Origin: Monocercomonoides exilis PA203 | Taxonomy: Eukaryota; Protista; Preaxostyla | Assembly (NCBI GenBank): GCA_001643675.2 | Contig: LSRY02000011.1 | Coordinates: 620,001-684,000, forward strand | Reading direction: 5' to 3' | DNA: 64,000 nt | Shown here: piece by piece, positions 13,801-25,673 of the stretch | Layout of the letters: every line of letters starts with the position of its first letter | How positions within the stretch are numbered: the first letter of the stretch is position 1 | Notes under the pieces: model-generated | What the model saw: the letters and a program-made list of their open reading frames with translations, nothing else | Told to the model about the DNA's origin: nothing | Databases searched by the model: none | Program-made: the position numbers and the translations under genes

Positions 13801-16777
13801 TCTTCCTGGCTTCGGCCAGCCATTCTCCTCTGCTGTTGATGCCAGCACCTCGTTTTACTCATCATCTGCGCCTGTCCCCACTGCCCCACGCACAACCTCC
13901 CCTCCTCCTTCATCTTCATTGGATCAGCCTTCTTCCTCTTCTTCTATCACTCGAAAAGGATCAGTCAGCTCAGGAATGTCAAGCTCGCTCCAGGCGCCTG
14001 TTCTGCCGCGTCCAAACATTCTCATTCCACAGGGCGACATGGGATTCGATGCAGTTACTCCCATCCAGACAAGAAGAAGATCACATTCGCAGGCAATGCC
14101 TCAGCAGCAGCAACAGCAGATGGCAGCAGCACGAGGAGGATATGGAGACTATTATGTGCCTTTGACTCCTCAATACTCATCGTCTTCTTCTTCTTCTTCT
14201 TCTTTCTCGTTTGGCCAGCCGTCGCAGTCTCCTCCAACTGCCTCTGTTTCCACCAGGCAGCGCAGCGCCACACTGCAAGGCAAAGCCACCCGCCCTTCCT
14301 TTGGCCGGCCCAGCGATGCTTATTCCTCAATCACCTCTTCTTCTCCTCTCTCTTCTTCCATTTCGAACAATGCCCTGTCGTCTGGTGCTCCTTCTACGTC
14401 TGCGCCTTCCAACTCCATCCCTCTCTCTGCGTGGGGCGCACCCGCCGGAGCCATCTCCTTCCTGTCAGTCACACCAGGAAGACAGAAACTGCAGATCTCT
14501 GAGTCTTCTGCCTTTGCTGCTCCGTCTGGCTTCTCCCAGCCGCATTCCGGTTCTTTTGGTGCGAATGCGTCAAACATTGCTTCTGCTCGCCCGTTTGCCA
14601 ACACCCCGTACAGCTCTTCTTCGCCTCGCATGTCTTCGTCTGTTGGGCGTTCGTATCTGTCTCATCATTCTTCTTCTTCAACTCCATCCTCATCTTCTTC
14701 CTCAGCATACGATGCATCACTCACCCAGCAGCAGCAGTTGATGGCTGCAGAAGCTGCCCGATTGCAGCGGATGTATCCATCTTGCGTGTCTGTTTCCCTT
14801 CTCCAGACACTCAACACAATCAAACTGCCCCTGCTGCGTCCGATTCCTCCATATGACTCCATCACTCCCTTGGACATTATCCCGTTCACCCGGCGTCCTC
14901 TGTTCTTGATTGTGGACTCAGACGGCTCGAAGCAGTTTTCAGCTAAATCAGCCACATCAGTGCGCTGCTCGAGAAGATGTGCAGCATCTGCTGATCGTCT
15001 GATGCACCCGTCTGTTCTGCCTCCTCATTGGCAGAGCGAGACTGCCGAGCTGTCTCCGTTCCATCGCTTCGGCCAGCCTGTGGTGATTCTCATGTCCCCC
15101 TCACAGCCGCTGTTTGTGCCTTGCTACTATTTCGCGGCTCTCCACGCACGTATCAACCAGAAGGCGCCATACGCCCCCATCAACTCCTTTGCACACCACC
15201 CAGACTGCCCTTGCTCTTGCCTCAGCAGCACTGCTTTTGCTTGCCCATCCTCTGCCCGTGGCTCTGGCTATCCGTCTGCCTCTTTCTCTGGCCAGTCAAC
15301 TTCTCCGTTTTCTTCCCTGTTCTCTTCTCCTTTCTCAACAGAAGCTTCTGTTTCAACCTCTATTTCTCCTTCTCCACTAAAGTGCACCTGCGGAGCCTCC
15401 ACACGCCCAGTGCATCTGCTTCCTTACATTCCTCAGCACTCTGCCGTTGGTCGCTTGTACACCCTTGCTTTGTCTGATCCAGTCAGTGCATTCCTCCTTC
15501 TGTCGTCTTCGCTCATCTGCCACAACGAGCTGGCTGCTGTGCAGAGGCTGTTCCCTTCGGCCAACTCGTTCCCGCTCCACCCGTCTTCAGTACCGTCCAG
15601 AGACAACCTGAAGATCATGGCGAAGATGGATCATCTGAGAGAACAGGAAGAGAAAGGATCTTTGTCTCCTTCTTCTTCTTCCTCTTCACCTTCAGCTTCA
15701 TCATCAACTACAACTGGATCTTGTTCAGGAACAGCCTCAGGCTCCACCACCCCGTTCTCCCTGGATGCCACCGACAGCTATCTCCTGTGCTCTACTCCTG
15801 TTCATGCTGCCCCTCCTTCTCTTTCTCCTTCGCCTCCAAGCTCCAACACACCCAGCCCTGTGCCTTACTGCGGTGTGGTGCCTGCACTGCAGTCAGGAAA
15901 CAGAGTGCCCTTCAGCACCAGTCCAACATCTGCTGCATGCCCGTGCCTCGCTCATTACATGCACCAGATGGCGGTCTCTGCGCGAAGGCTGGCAGAGAAC
16001 CCATACTATTCGTCTTCTGCATCTTCTACAGGCTCAATCGGAGGAGTTGGGAGCTTCTCGGTACCGCTGTCACCGTCTGCTAATTACTCGACAATGTTCG
16101 GAATGGACGATGGATCACAGGGAGAGCCAATGTTCACACCGCATCTGTCGAATCTGTCGCGCATCATTGCCAGTTCAGACAGGCCGCCCATGGCATTCTC
16201 CACAGGTGATCGCTCGATGGCTGCGCATACAGGCTATGGCTCGTCCTCTTATTCTTCTGCTCCTTATGCATCTGCTGGCTTCAATTCGGGCTCATCAAAG
16301 AGAGGTGCGTTTAGTGTTGATCCAGAGCTGACTTTGTTCCCGCGGTCGAACATTTCGTTTGAGACGCTCCTGCGCTGCAGAGAGCTGATTGAGCGTACGT
16401 TCATTCTGATGACCCATCTGTATCTCCATCCACACCTCCATCTGCCACCGCCACAGGCATATGCAGCAGTTGAGAGCGAATTCGGCTCTTATTCTGGTAC
16501 TTCTGGGCCTTCTAGTCCTTCTTCAATGCGTCCGCTGGATTACTCGTACCTGCGCCTGTGCGAAGACCCGTTCCTGCGGCATCTTGTGCTGCGGCATGTG
16601 CTGCTGGTGAATGTGCTGCATATGCACATCGCATACCACAATGCGCCTGCGGAGTGCTTCCCTTCGTGCAACCCAACGCTCCCTGACTGGTTCTTGTTCC
16701 ACCCGGTGTGGAAGGCACTGGTGCTGGCACTGGCAAAGGAGTGCGGGGTGGAAGGTATTTACATGGGCGGGAAGTAA
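4832..16777 (+). CDS. SCAI: SCAI (suppressor of cancer cell invasion) family protein, ~3,930 aa; exons 4832-5005, 5059-5220, 5315-16777
   Basis: N-terminal blocks DLPLFG..FAKLWTFQRQYRVLLD..EIGDIASRIGMLYVQYYQRKSDPKFLNEAFTFYKSVLERKYY..KNLRFLFRFLHCALL. C-terminal blocks RRPLFLIVDSD, FGQPVVILMSP, LYTLALSDPVSAF, EDPFLRHLVLR..PSCNPTLP. These match the conserved SCAI motifs in order. Two GT-AG introns keep the frame. Confidence 0.85.
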
Positions 16778-17985
16778 AATGAAGCTGGAGGAAGAAGGAA
16801 TAAGATTTGCGGGATTGCGGATGAGAAGAGAATATGAAAAGAGGCATCTGAACAGAAAAACAAAATAGTTAAATAAAAAAAAATTTTTTTTATTGCTTTT
16901 TTGACAGAGATGAAGAAACAAAATAAAGGAAGCGATTCTTTCTGTTCGGTTAGACTGAAGAGAAGGAGTTAAGAGAGTTGGAAAAGCAAAAGAGAGAAGA
17001 GAATCAGCATTCGAATGCAGTTAGAATAATGAGAAAAGGGAGAAGAGAAGCAGAGGAGAAGGGGGTTATGAGTTGTATTCATTATTGGCGAACTGTAAAA
17101 AAAAATAAATACCTTCAGAGATTGATTGACACACAACACATTTTGTCCATCTTTCTTAAATTTCATTCACGTGTTTTTCTTTTAAACATTTTGGTATGTT
17201 TTGTTTTTGGTTTAATCCTTATGAATTATCTTAACATTTTCTAGATTGCTAATTCCTTTCTTTATTATCATTTTTTATTATCCTTTCTTTCTTTTTATTA
17301 AATTAAATTTCTTTACTTTTTCATTCGTTTCTTTTATCATGAAAATAATTAGCAAATCAATGATTAATATCTTTTTTCTGTATATTTCATTTAATCTCTT
17401 TTTCTTTCGCATATTCTGTTATTTTGTTTCTTGAAGTCTTATTTCAATCATTTGCTTTCCTTGAGCTTTCACCATTCTCAAAGTTTAAAGGTTTTTATTC
17501 CATCTACTTTGACAAATTCAAAACGCCGTTTATTACTATATATTCCTTTATTCCACAATTAGATTAATTTTCACAAACATATTCAACATTTTTCGCTCTT
17601 TGCTCACTTCCTTCCTTTCGAGTAACCCTAAAGAGGGATATATATGCAAATTTTGTGCATTTGTTTTGATGATTACTTAAATTAACTTTATGCCAAAAAA
17701 TTTTGAATGGGGTTCATTCACAATACTTTCTGATCTTGGAAAGTGAACGAAAACTTCTTATCTTAAAAAAAGAAAAGATTAAAAAGATTTTTATCTATTA
17801 TTGCTCAAAGCAATTTTTGTATCATGGAAAATGAATTGTTCAATAATGAAGAAGTGGAGAAAGATTTGATAAATTGGTCTTCATCAAAAGTTTGACGTGA
17901 TGTGGCGGAATTAAAGAAGCAGCAAGGGCATAAGCCTTTGAAGCTGACTGATATGAGATGAGAAAAGGAGATAAAATGAAATGAT

Positions 17986-18267
17986 TTATGAAGATGAAAC
18001 AGTATTTGAGGATTTCAGTTGTTCCAATTCCGCTCTTGCTTCATCCCTTTCCTTTATAAGACGTGCGACTGTTCTTTTTGCACCATCATTTAAATAAAGA
18101 GATGTTGCAAGCTGCCGTTGAGTTTCTTCGAGTTGCTTTTTGAGATGTGAAACTTGAAGCATTGCCGCATCCCATTCACTTGTAAGTTGTTTTAATAAAT
18201 CTGGAACGGACATTCCTGGCAGTCTTGTTTCTTTTCCGGACTCTTGGTCTGATTGCTGAGAAGACAT
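17986..18267 (-). CDS. 93-aa protein consisting of the Prp19/Pso4 coiled-coil (tetramerisation) domain only
   Basis: SVPDLLKQLTSEWDAAMLQVSHLKKQLEETQRQLATSLYLNDGAKRTVARLIKERDEAR matches the Prp19 consensus SIP.LL..LQ.EWDA.ML..F.L..QL...RQEL...LY..DAA.RVIARL.KERD.AR. An in-frame TAA lies directly before the ATG. Confidence 0.8.
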   Translation of the reverse strand: MSSQQSDQESGKETRLPGMSVPDLLKQLTSEWDAAMLQVSHLKKQLEETQRQLATSLYLNDGAKRTVARLIKERDEARAELEQLKSSNTVSSS

Positions 18268-18692
18268 TTAAATAAATTCCTTGATGGTCTGGATCGTAAC
18301 CAGAATTTCAAAAGAAAAAATTCAATCAGAAAATGTCTTCTTTTTCAAAAATAATTGAACTCCAAAACAAAATGCTTAATTATAATTAGTCATTCTTTGA
18401 AGTGTGGTAAACTTTTTTTTTAAATATTGCTTTTTTTCAAATTAAACACAAAAATTAACTCAAAAGTCTTTCTGTTCAATTTTATTTTTAAATTTAAATA
18501 TAACAAAAATAAAAATGTTGTAAAAAAAAGTTAAACAAAACAAAACAAAATATAATAAAATTGCCAATTTTCATATTTCAAATCTTTTTCTTTTCAAATT
18601 TTTTATTTTAAAGATTAAATGGAATAGTTCAATTTCATTTATTTAAGCGAAATTTTGCAATTGAATCCAAATCATTATGTAGTATATCTCTT

Positions 18693-21600
18693 TCAGATGT
18701 CACGAAACACACTCCAGTCAACTCCCATTGTAGTTTCGCCAGGAACTAAAGTTTTCTCTTTGTTTATATCCGACAAGCGAGATGGCTGAGAAGTCTGCAT
18801 CTGTGAAAATGAGAGCAAACCAGGTGAATTTTTCGTTCTCAATGAAGTGGAAGTCAAAGGGGCAGAGGGAGAAACAGAAGGAGAAGGATAAGGAGAAGAC
18901 GAGGGTGAATGGGAATGCGAGCGGGAACGGGAGCGAGAAGAGGAAATGAGAGACGGGCGAGAAAGCAGATGCAAGTGATAAGGCGAGGCAATAGATTGGA
19001 ACTGCTGTGTGGATTGGCTGTATGAAGGATAAAGAGGAGGGGTGAGCGATGAAATGAGGAAAGAGGAAGGAGAAATGGACGTTCGTGTGAGGTTGGTCTT
19101 TCGGAAGACAGAATCATCTGAAGAAATGTGAATATCAGTGAAAAGAGGGGAAAAAAAAAGAATCAATAAAAATATGTTTATGAATAAAAAAGAATATGAA
19201 CTACAAATTGTTCAATAGAAAGGATAAAGGAAATTCAAAAAGAAAGTTTTATTTTTTCATTTTACAACTTACAACAAAAGAAAGAAAAGAAAGAAAGAAA
19301 AAACTCAATCTAATTTCCTATCACACCATCATTCCCTTTCATCATTTCCAATTCCTGAAAGAGCTCCTTCTCATAATGCTGCTCGTCAATCAGCTCTTTC
19401 CTCTCTTCTTCCTGCATCGCCTGCTGCTGCTTCATCATAATCTCCCTCTGCATTTCCTGGTTCTCTTCTTCAATCCGCCTCAGTTTCTGCTCAATCTGCA
19501 TTCTATTTATGTATCTGGGATCAGTCTCACTCAAGTCACTGCCTGTGGCTGTGCCAAAAAGGGAAGGCGTGGTCGAAGGCGAAGGAAACGGCGACATCTG
19601 TTTCTTCGCCACGTAATACGACGACGCATCGACTGCAAGGTGCGTAAACACAGACCCAACGCCCTGTGAAAACGAGGCATCCAAATAGCTGCTGGTCAGA
19701 GAAGACGCTCCAAATGGGCGCAGACTCTGCAGAGATTCCTTCGCCTGCGCTGAAAATTCCGCAGCGTTCAACCTCGCCGAGATCGGCGTGGGCTTCAGCA
19801 GCGAATTCGGCGAAGTTGCTGTGGGATCATTCGATTGGGGTGCTGATGGTGGGCTTGCCAGCGGCTGCTCAGCAGGGACGGAGTAAGCGATGTACATGGG
19901 AGGCTGCTGGGAGTCGTAGACTCTGCGTCTCTTTGACGGAAGTGAAGGAATATCTGCAGAGCTTATCTGAATGTAACCAGGAGAGTTTTGCAGCAAATCG
20001 TCTGAAGAGCCGCTGCCGCTGCTTTCTCTCAAACGCTGCTCGTCTTTGATGGATTCATCGAAATTCGGGTTTCTTTTTATTGCTTCGTATTGAAGATTGC
20101 TGCTTTCTTTTTGGTTTTCTGATTCCCCAAATATTTTGCTTGACTGATAAACAGAACTGTTTCTTTGCTGCAGCTGATTGTTGTAATTCTGTGATTCATT
20201 CATTCCAAATTTCATTTCTCTTTCTTCCTGCCCTCTTTCTTCAATGTTCCTACTTCCATTATCCAATCCTTGTAGTTTCTGCATGTTATCTGTTTGACCC
20301 TCTCCTTGCTGCTTTGCCTTCAATCTCTCCATCTCTTGCTCCATCTCCATCTGCTTCTGACTCAAGTTCTTCGCTGCCTCTTGCAGAAAGATCGTCCTTC
20401 TCCTGGGCGAGCGGTACGGTGACGTCACAGCTGTTGACGTGGCCACAAACACAGTCGGCGGAGTCAGCTCTGTCGGAGCCACAAGCACAGTCGGCCGTGT
20501 CGGCGGAGTCAGCGTCTGGTGCGAGGAATTGAGGGGAGCCTGGAGCGATGTGGGGAAAGTGAAAGGGGTGAGGTAGGAAGAGTATGCTGTGCGGATCTTT
20601 TGGGTGATGGGGGTTTCCGCGATGGTCTTGCGCCGGTCGTCGTGGAGGTTGGTTTTTGTGCCGAGCAAATCAGTCACAGAAGACAAGGTCTGCCTGCGTG
20701 TGACTGTGGAGGATGGATATAAGAATGAGGATGTGGATGCTGATGTGGATGAAGTGGAAGACGAAATTGAAGAAGAAGAAGAAGACGAAGGAGTGTAAAG
20801 CAAAGAGATAGGAACGGTTGAGCGAGAACCTGATGATGCTTGAGACGCTGGTAGTGAAGAAGAAGAAGAAGAGGAGGAGGAGGAGATTGAAAGCTGATCA
20901 TTAGACTGTGGATTCAATTGATCGTCAGATTCAGCTGTGATTGGAGTGTGTGAAAAACTGCTTTCAATTTGGTCAATGTTTCTTGGCGTTGAAGAATTAT
21001 ATGGTGTCTCATTTCCAACGTTTCCTTCATTTGCGTTGGGAATGCTTGTGCTATCAGAAATATTTAATGCAGAAGAAGAAGAAGAAGAAGAAGAAGAAGA
21101 AGAAGATGATGATGATGATGATGAAATTGAGTTCTGGTGTTCCTGAAACAGTTGTTGAGATGCTTCAAAACTTGCAGCAGAACCTTCACAAGCAGATGAA
21201 GCAGGATAACTTGAAGAAACAAAAGAATTTGAAGATGGCTTAAATGCAGCATTTTCTGGTTTGTAGCAAGCAGCCTGCGGAAGCAGCGTATTTCTCCGGC
21301 TTAATGATTGATTGAATGTGTGCTCAGTGGCTGGATTGCTATGAAAGGACGTGAACATTGTTCCGACATCTTCTCCTGCTGGCCCCAAGTTGGCAAACAC
21401 CTCATAAAGCGTTTGGTTGTGCTCTCCAGCATCTTCTTCATTGGAGGTGGAGGTTCTTGCACTTGCTTGGCATTGCATCAAAGAAGAAGAAGAAGAAGTT
21501 GATTGGCGGGGTGTGATATCAGCTGATAAGCGAGACGAAGCAGCAGAAAGAAAAGGCACCGACAGCCTCTTTCCAGCATCATCGGTGGTGGACAGTTCAT

Positions 21601-22921
21601 TTGTCATCCGCTCTCTTTCTTCCACACTCCGTCTCGCCCCTTGCCCGTATTGTGGCATTGTGCTGTATTCTTCGCTCAGCCTGTGCTTGCTTCTGTCAGA
21701 CAAGCTCATTTCGCTCGACCGTCTTGCTTCGTCTTGCGAGAACGTAACCGAACGGCGTGTGGGCAGCCGAGTGAAGCAGGTGTTCTCGTCAGAAGGCGAA
21801 TAGGTCAGCCCAGCAAACACATCAAACAGAAGCTCTCCGTTCGTTGTTTCAGATCCTTCGCGCTCAATGTTTCCGCTTCCTGGCGGAGTCACATCAGGAT
21901 TCAAGCGCTGGGTCAATCTTTGTAGCGCATTCTGGTTTGGGTGCTGCTGATTCGACTGGTTTAAAGGGAGAAGCGAGGTGAAAGTGGACGATCGAAGCAC
22001 AGGATCGAATGTGGTGGCGTCTTTCATCTCAACTTCTTCCACTTCGCTTCTTATGACTTTGTGATCGTTTTCTTGAGAAATATCCTTTGAGACGTACTTT
22101 TCAGCCCGTAATTCCTCAAAACTTCGGATATTTCCGGTATATTTGTCGTTATCATATCCTATCACTTTTGAAAATAATCCGTCATGAGCAAACATCCATT
22201 TTTCTGAATTGGACGATAAGTGATGCTTTAATGGATGTATCTTTTCTGATTGCTCCTGGGCTTCTTCTATTGTTAATATTCTAATTCCTTCTGATTGTAA
22301 AAATGTTTGGTGCCTTTTAACAAATCGATTATAAGTGTCTTTTAACCTATCAAATGGAATTGCCTTCCTTTAAAATATTTGAAAATATATTTTCATGAAT
22401 TGCTTTCAAATAAAATATTCACACACATTTTCAATCCTTTAGCAAGTGCTTCGTGCGCTCCTATTATGTCCTTTTTTGCTTCTCGAATAATCGCCCAGCA
22501 TTCATAACAAAGAGCAAATCTTTGACCAATTCCCTGCGCCTCGAGGTGCTGAAACACCAAATTTCCATCTTCAATATGATCTGCATATATGCAATAGCAT
22601 TTTAAGTAGCGAATGTCATTTTTGTACTTCGGAGTCTGACTGAAAAGATTTATAACATGCTGAAGCGTCCTCAGCAAAATCACGTTTCTGTCTGGTAATG
22701 TTGATTGTCTAATTTGCTTGATTGTTCTGGTTTAAATTTTATGTTAAATTAATAAACGATAATTTAAATATATTAATTTCTTCAAACGCCATCCAATCAT
22801 CCAAAGTTGCTTCTTTCGTGTTTTCCATAGATGGAAATTGTTTTTCGTTATATCCTGGAAAAGGAAATGTTTGATCGCAATCTTTGTTTGAAACAAGCTG
22901 TGGCTGTTCTAATAATTGCAT
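18693..22921 (-). CDS. Mad3/Bub1-family spindle checkpoint protein (TPR + GLEBS-like motif, no kinase domain), 4 exons
   Basis: Spliced N-terminus TLDDWMATIKQI..LLRTLQHVINLFSQTPKYKNDIRYLKCYCIYAD..VFQHLEAQGIGQRFALCYECWA..ALAKGL.MKAIPFDRL is a Mad3_BUB1_I TPR domain. RSFEELRA resembles the GLEBS core. A phase-1 intron 19326-19118 joins the 961-aa ORF to the last exon, ending ...WSVFRDI*. Confidence 0.8.
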
Positions 22922-23959
22922 GGGACGTCAAAAATTTTTAAAATAGTTTTTGAAGTGAATTAAAAAATATCATAATGGGCAATCAGGAATAAACTGCATA
23001 GTCATTTTCAACATTGCTTTGAGGATAAACTATTGGCAAAAAAATGCAAATAATTTTTTGAATTTGACTAGAAAAACAATTTTATGAATTTGGTTTTAAA
23101 TCCAAAAACCTTAAAAAATGAAAATATTTATTATCATTGACGAAAATGAGAGCGATTATTTTTAATATCATGAAAATTTTTCTCATTATGGATAAAATCA
23201 TTTTATTCACACACATTTCTTGTTTTGTTTTAAAGGTAATGCTTAGTTCGATATTGTATCACTCAAGTCATTTTTTGTGTTCCATAAAGATAAAATGTTT
23301 TAATTATTATTATTCGAATTTTTGATGTTCATCTCCTGTTTTTTCTCAGATAACAAACTCCAAACTCTTGTGTGGAACATTTGTGATATCAATAGAATTG
23401 GATTGTACATATGTGGGACTATTTTTGAAATTAATTATTTTTGATGTTAATATTCGTTTTCAGACTCTTGTTTGAAGGCAAAGAGATGAATCCAAAAATA
23501 AAGATTACAGACAGAAATGATGAATTGACTTTCATTCGTCGTAAACGACTGTCTAAATATCAAATACTTCGCAAACAAAACTTTAACAAGAATTTTCAAA
23601 CAAAAGATGATAATATGTTAAATTATTCATTCCCAGGAAAAAAATATGATATCAGAAATTATCATACAAATTTATAAAATAATTATTACAAACAATAATA
23701 GTTCAAACTGTATTTATAAGAAAAACAAATTCCTCACGATCAAATAAAAAAAGAATAATGAAAAAACTAAAATAGACAAAACACGACAAAACAAATGGAT
23801 AAATCATTAACATATATTGATGAGAGATATTTTTTCTCTTGGAAAATTCGATATTCTTTGTCTTTTAAAAAAATTGTTATTCAGATCATATGCCAATATT
23901 ATTTCATTTATCTGAGCTGATCATTGTTATTTCCTTAATACGGCTAAATATCTTGAGAA

Positions 23960-24660
23960 ATGGTATGTTGCTTTTTGATTTATTAACGTAGTTATTGATA
24001 ATAATTTTGAATAATATTGTAATATTTTGTTATGTTTTGTGAAACTGTTAATGTTTCAATCAGCGTGATCGTTTTGTTCAAGTTGGAAGAGTTTGCATTT
24101 TGAATTACGGACGAAGACAACGTTTGTGCACGATTGTCGATATCATTGACCAAAACAAAGTTGGATATTTGTAATTAATCTGATTATTTTAAAAATTTAC
24201 AAAAAATTTTCTTTTGTATTTATATTTCGATATATTTTTAAAAAATAACTCCTTTAAGGTTCTCATTGATGGTCCAAAAGCAATGACAGGAATCAGCCGT
24301 CAGGTTTGCAGTCTGAAGCGCCTTGCACTTACACCATACACAGTCAAGATTCCTCATGGAATTCATCATAAATATTTGGTTAAAAAATTCAAGAAAGCCC
24401 GCATTCTTCGTCGTTTTGCAAGAACTGCATGGGCTAAAAAGATCAACAAACGTCAACACAAGCTTCATGAATCTGACTTTGACAGATACAAAGCAATGAA
24501 AATTCATCGTGCTTCATTCTTTGGTCCACATGTTCCAACAATTCCAGGAAAAGAGAAGCCAGAAAATAAGGATAAGCCAGAAAAGAAAGTCAAGCGCGTG
24601 AAAAAGGTTAAATCAAAGAAAGAGAAAAAATCTAAAGCTACAAACACAGTGGCAAAATAA
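23960..24660 (+). CDS. RPL14: 60S ribosomal protein L14 (eL14); exons 23960-23962 (ATG only), 24064-24159, 24259-24660
   Basis: M|RDRFVQVGRVCILNYG..LCTIVDIIDQNK|VLIDGP..GISRQ..LKRLALT..WAKKI..SDFDRYK. ATG is followed at once by a GTATGT intron. Lys-rich C-terminal tail. Confidence 0.95.
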
Positions 24661-24971
24661 AAGACTTTACAATAGATTCACCTCATTCATTTGATCACTT
24701 TGACAGATGTTATCATTTCTCAAGAAAACATATGCTTGAACTTATTTTATCTTATTTCATTGAAAACGATTCAATGCTGTTTGACCTGAATCAATTTTGC
24801 TTTTCTCGAAATCAAATGAAAACGTTAATTGATAATAATATGCAAATGTTATTTAAGCATATAAACAAATGCAACCTATTTTTGGAAAATAAAGCATTTA
24901 TCCTCTGGTTGATACCATTATAATTTTTTGGTTATTTTCTTTCAACAGTTAACATATTAAATTGATAATTA

Positions 24972-25457
24972 ATGACAGCTTCAGGGCCTACAACATCTCT
25001 CTTTTCAGGTGGTGGTTATGTTAGTGAAGTGGAAAGTTCATTAATGAGAATAAATCAGCATCCAGGCGTTCAAGGAATATTAATAACACAAAACGATTTA
25101 AAATGCTCAAGAGTTTTGGCAACGAGCGACGAAAGTCCTGTTCTTTTAAGTAAAGATAATTATGCACAATGCTGCACTTCTCTTTCATCTCAAGCGCGCA
25201 CTGCTATTAGAGATTTGGATCCAACGGTTAAACAGTTTTTTTTCCCACGGATTTTTTATTTTTTATTTTCCATTTGCAATGATAAAATTGTTAAACAGGA
25301 TGATTTAAAGTTTATGAGAATAAGAACAAGGAAAACTGAAATTATGATTGCGCCAGGTTGAAAACAATGTTTTTTGTTACAGATTTTTAAGTTTTCTAAT
25401 TTTTTAGAGCAAGAATATACGATTGTGTGCGTACAAGATCCAACAGCAAAAGCTTAA
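24972..25457 (+). CDS. DYNLRB: Dynein light chain, roadblock/LC7 type (3 exons)
   Basis: SEVESSLMRINQHPGVQGILI..YA..L..QARTAIRDLDPT|DDLKFMRIRTRKTEIMIAP|EQEYTIVCVQDP is the canonical roadblock pattern. Two GT-AG introns; TAA at 25455-25457. Confidence 0.92.
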
Positions 25458-25673
25458 AAATCATTTCAATTTTCTTCGTTTTTTTAAAGCAATCATTTTT
25501 TATTTTTGTTTTCATTTCATTTCATGCTTCTTATTTTGATCTTTTCAGAAAATACAATCAATTTGAAATAAAATATTTTATTTCATATGATTTTGTAACA
25601 TTTAAAAAATGAGTATCTTGTTTTTTTGAAATTGTCAACAACCATTTTTTTTTAATTTTTCGAATAATTTTGA

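Noticed and set aside
17824-17961. Short plus-strand frame MENELF...SSSKV*RDVAELKK... with an in-frame TGA (selenocysteine or readthrough?)
   Set aside because: Only ~45 codons, no redox motif, no recognisable SECIS element and no homology; probably chance or 3' UTR sequence of the Prp19-like gene.
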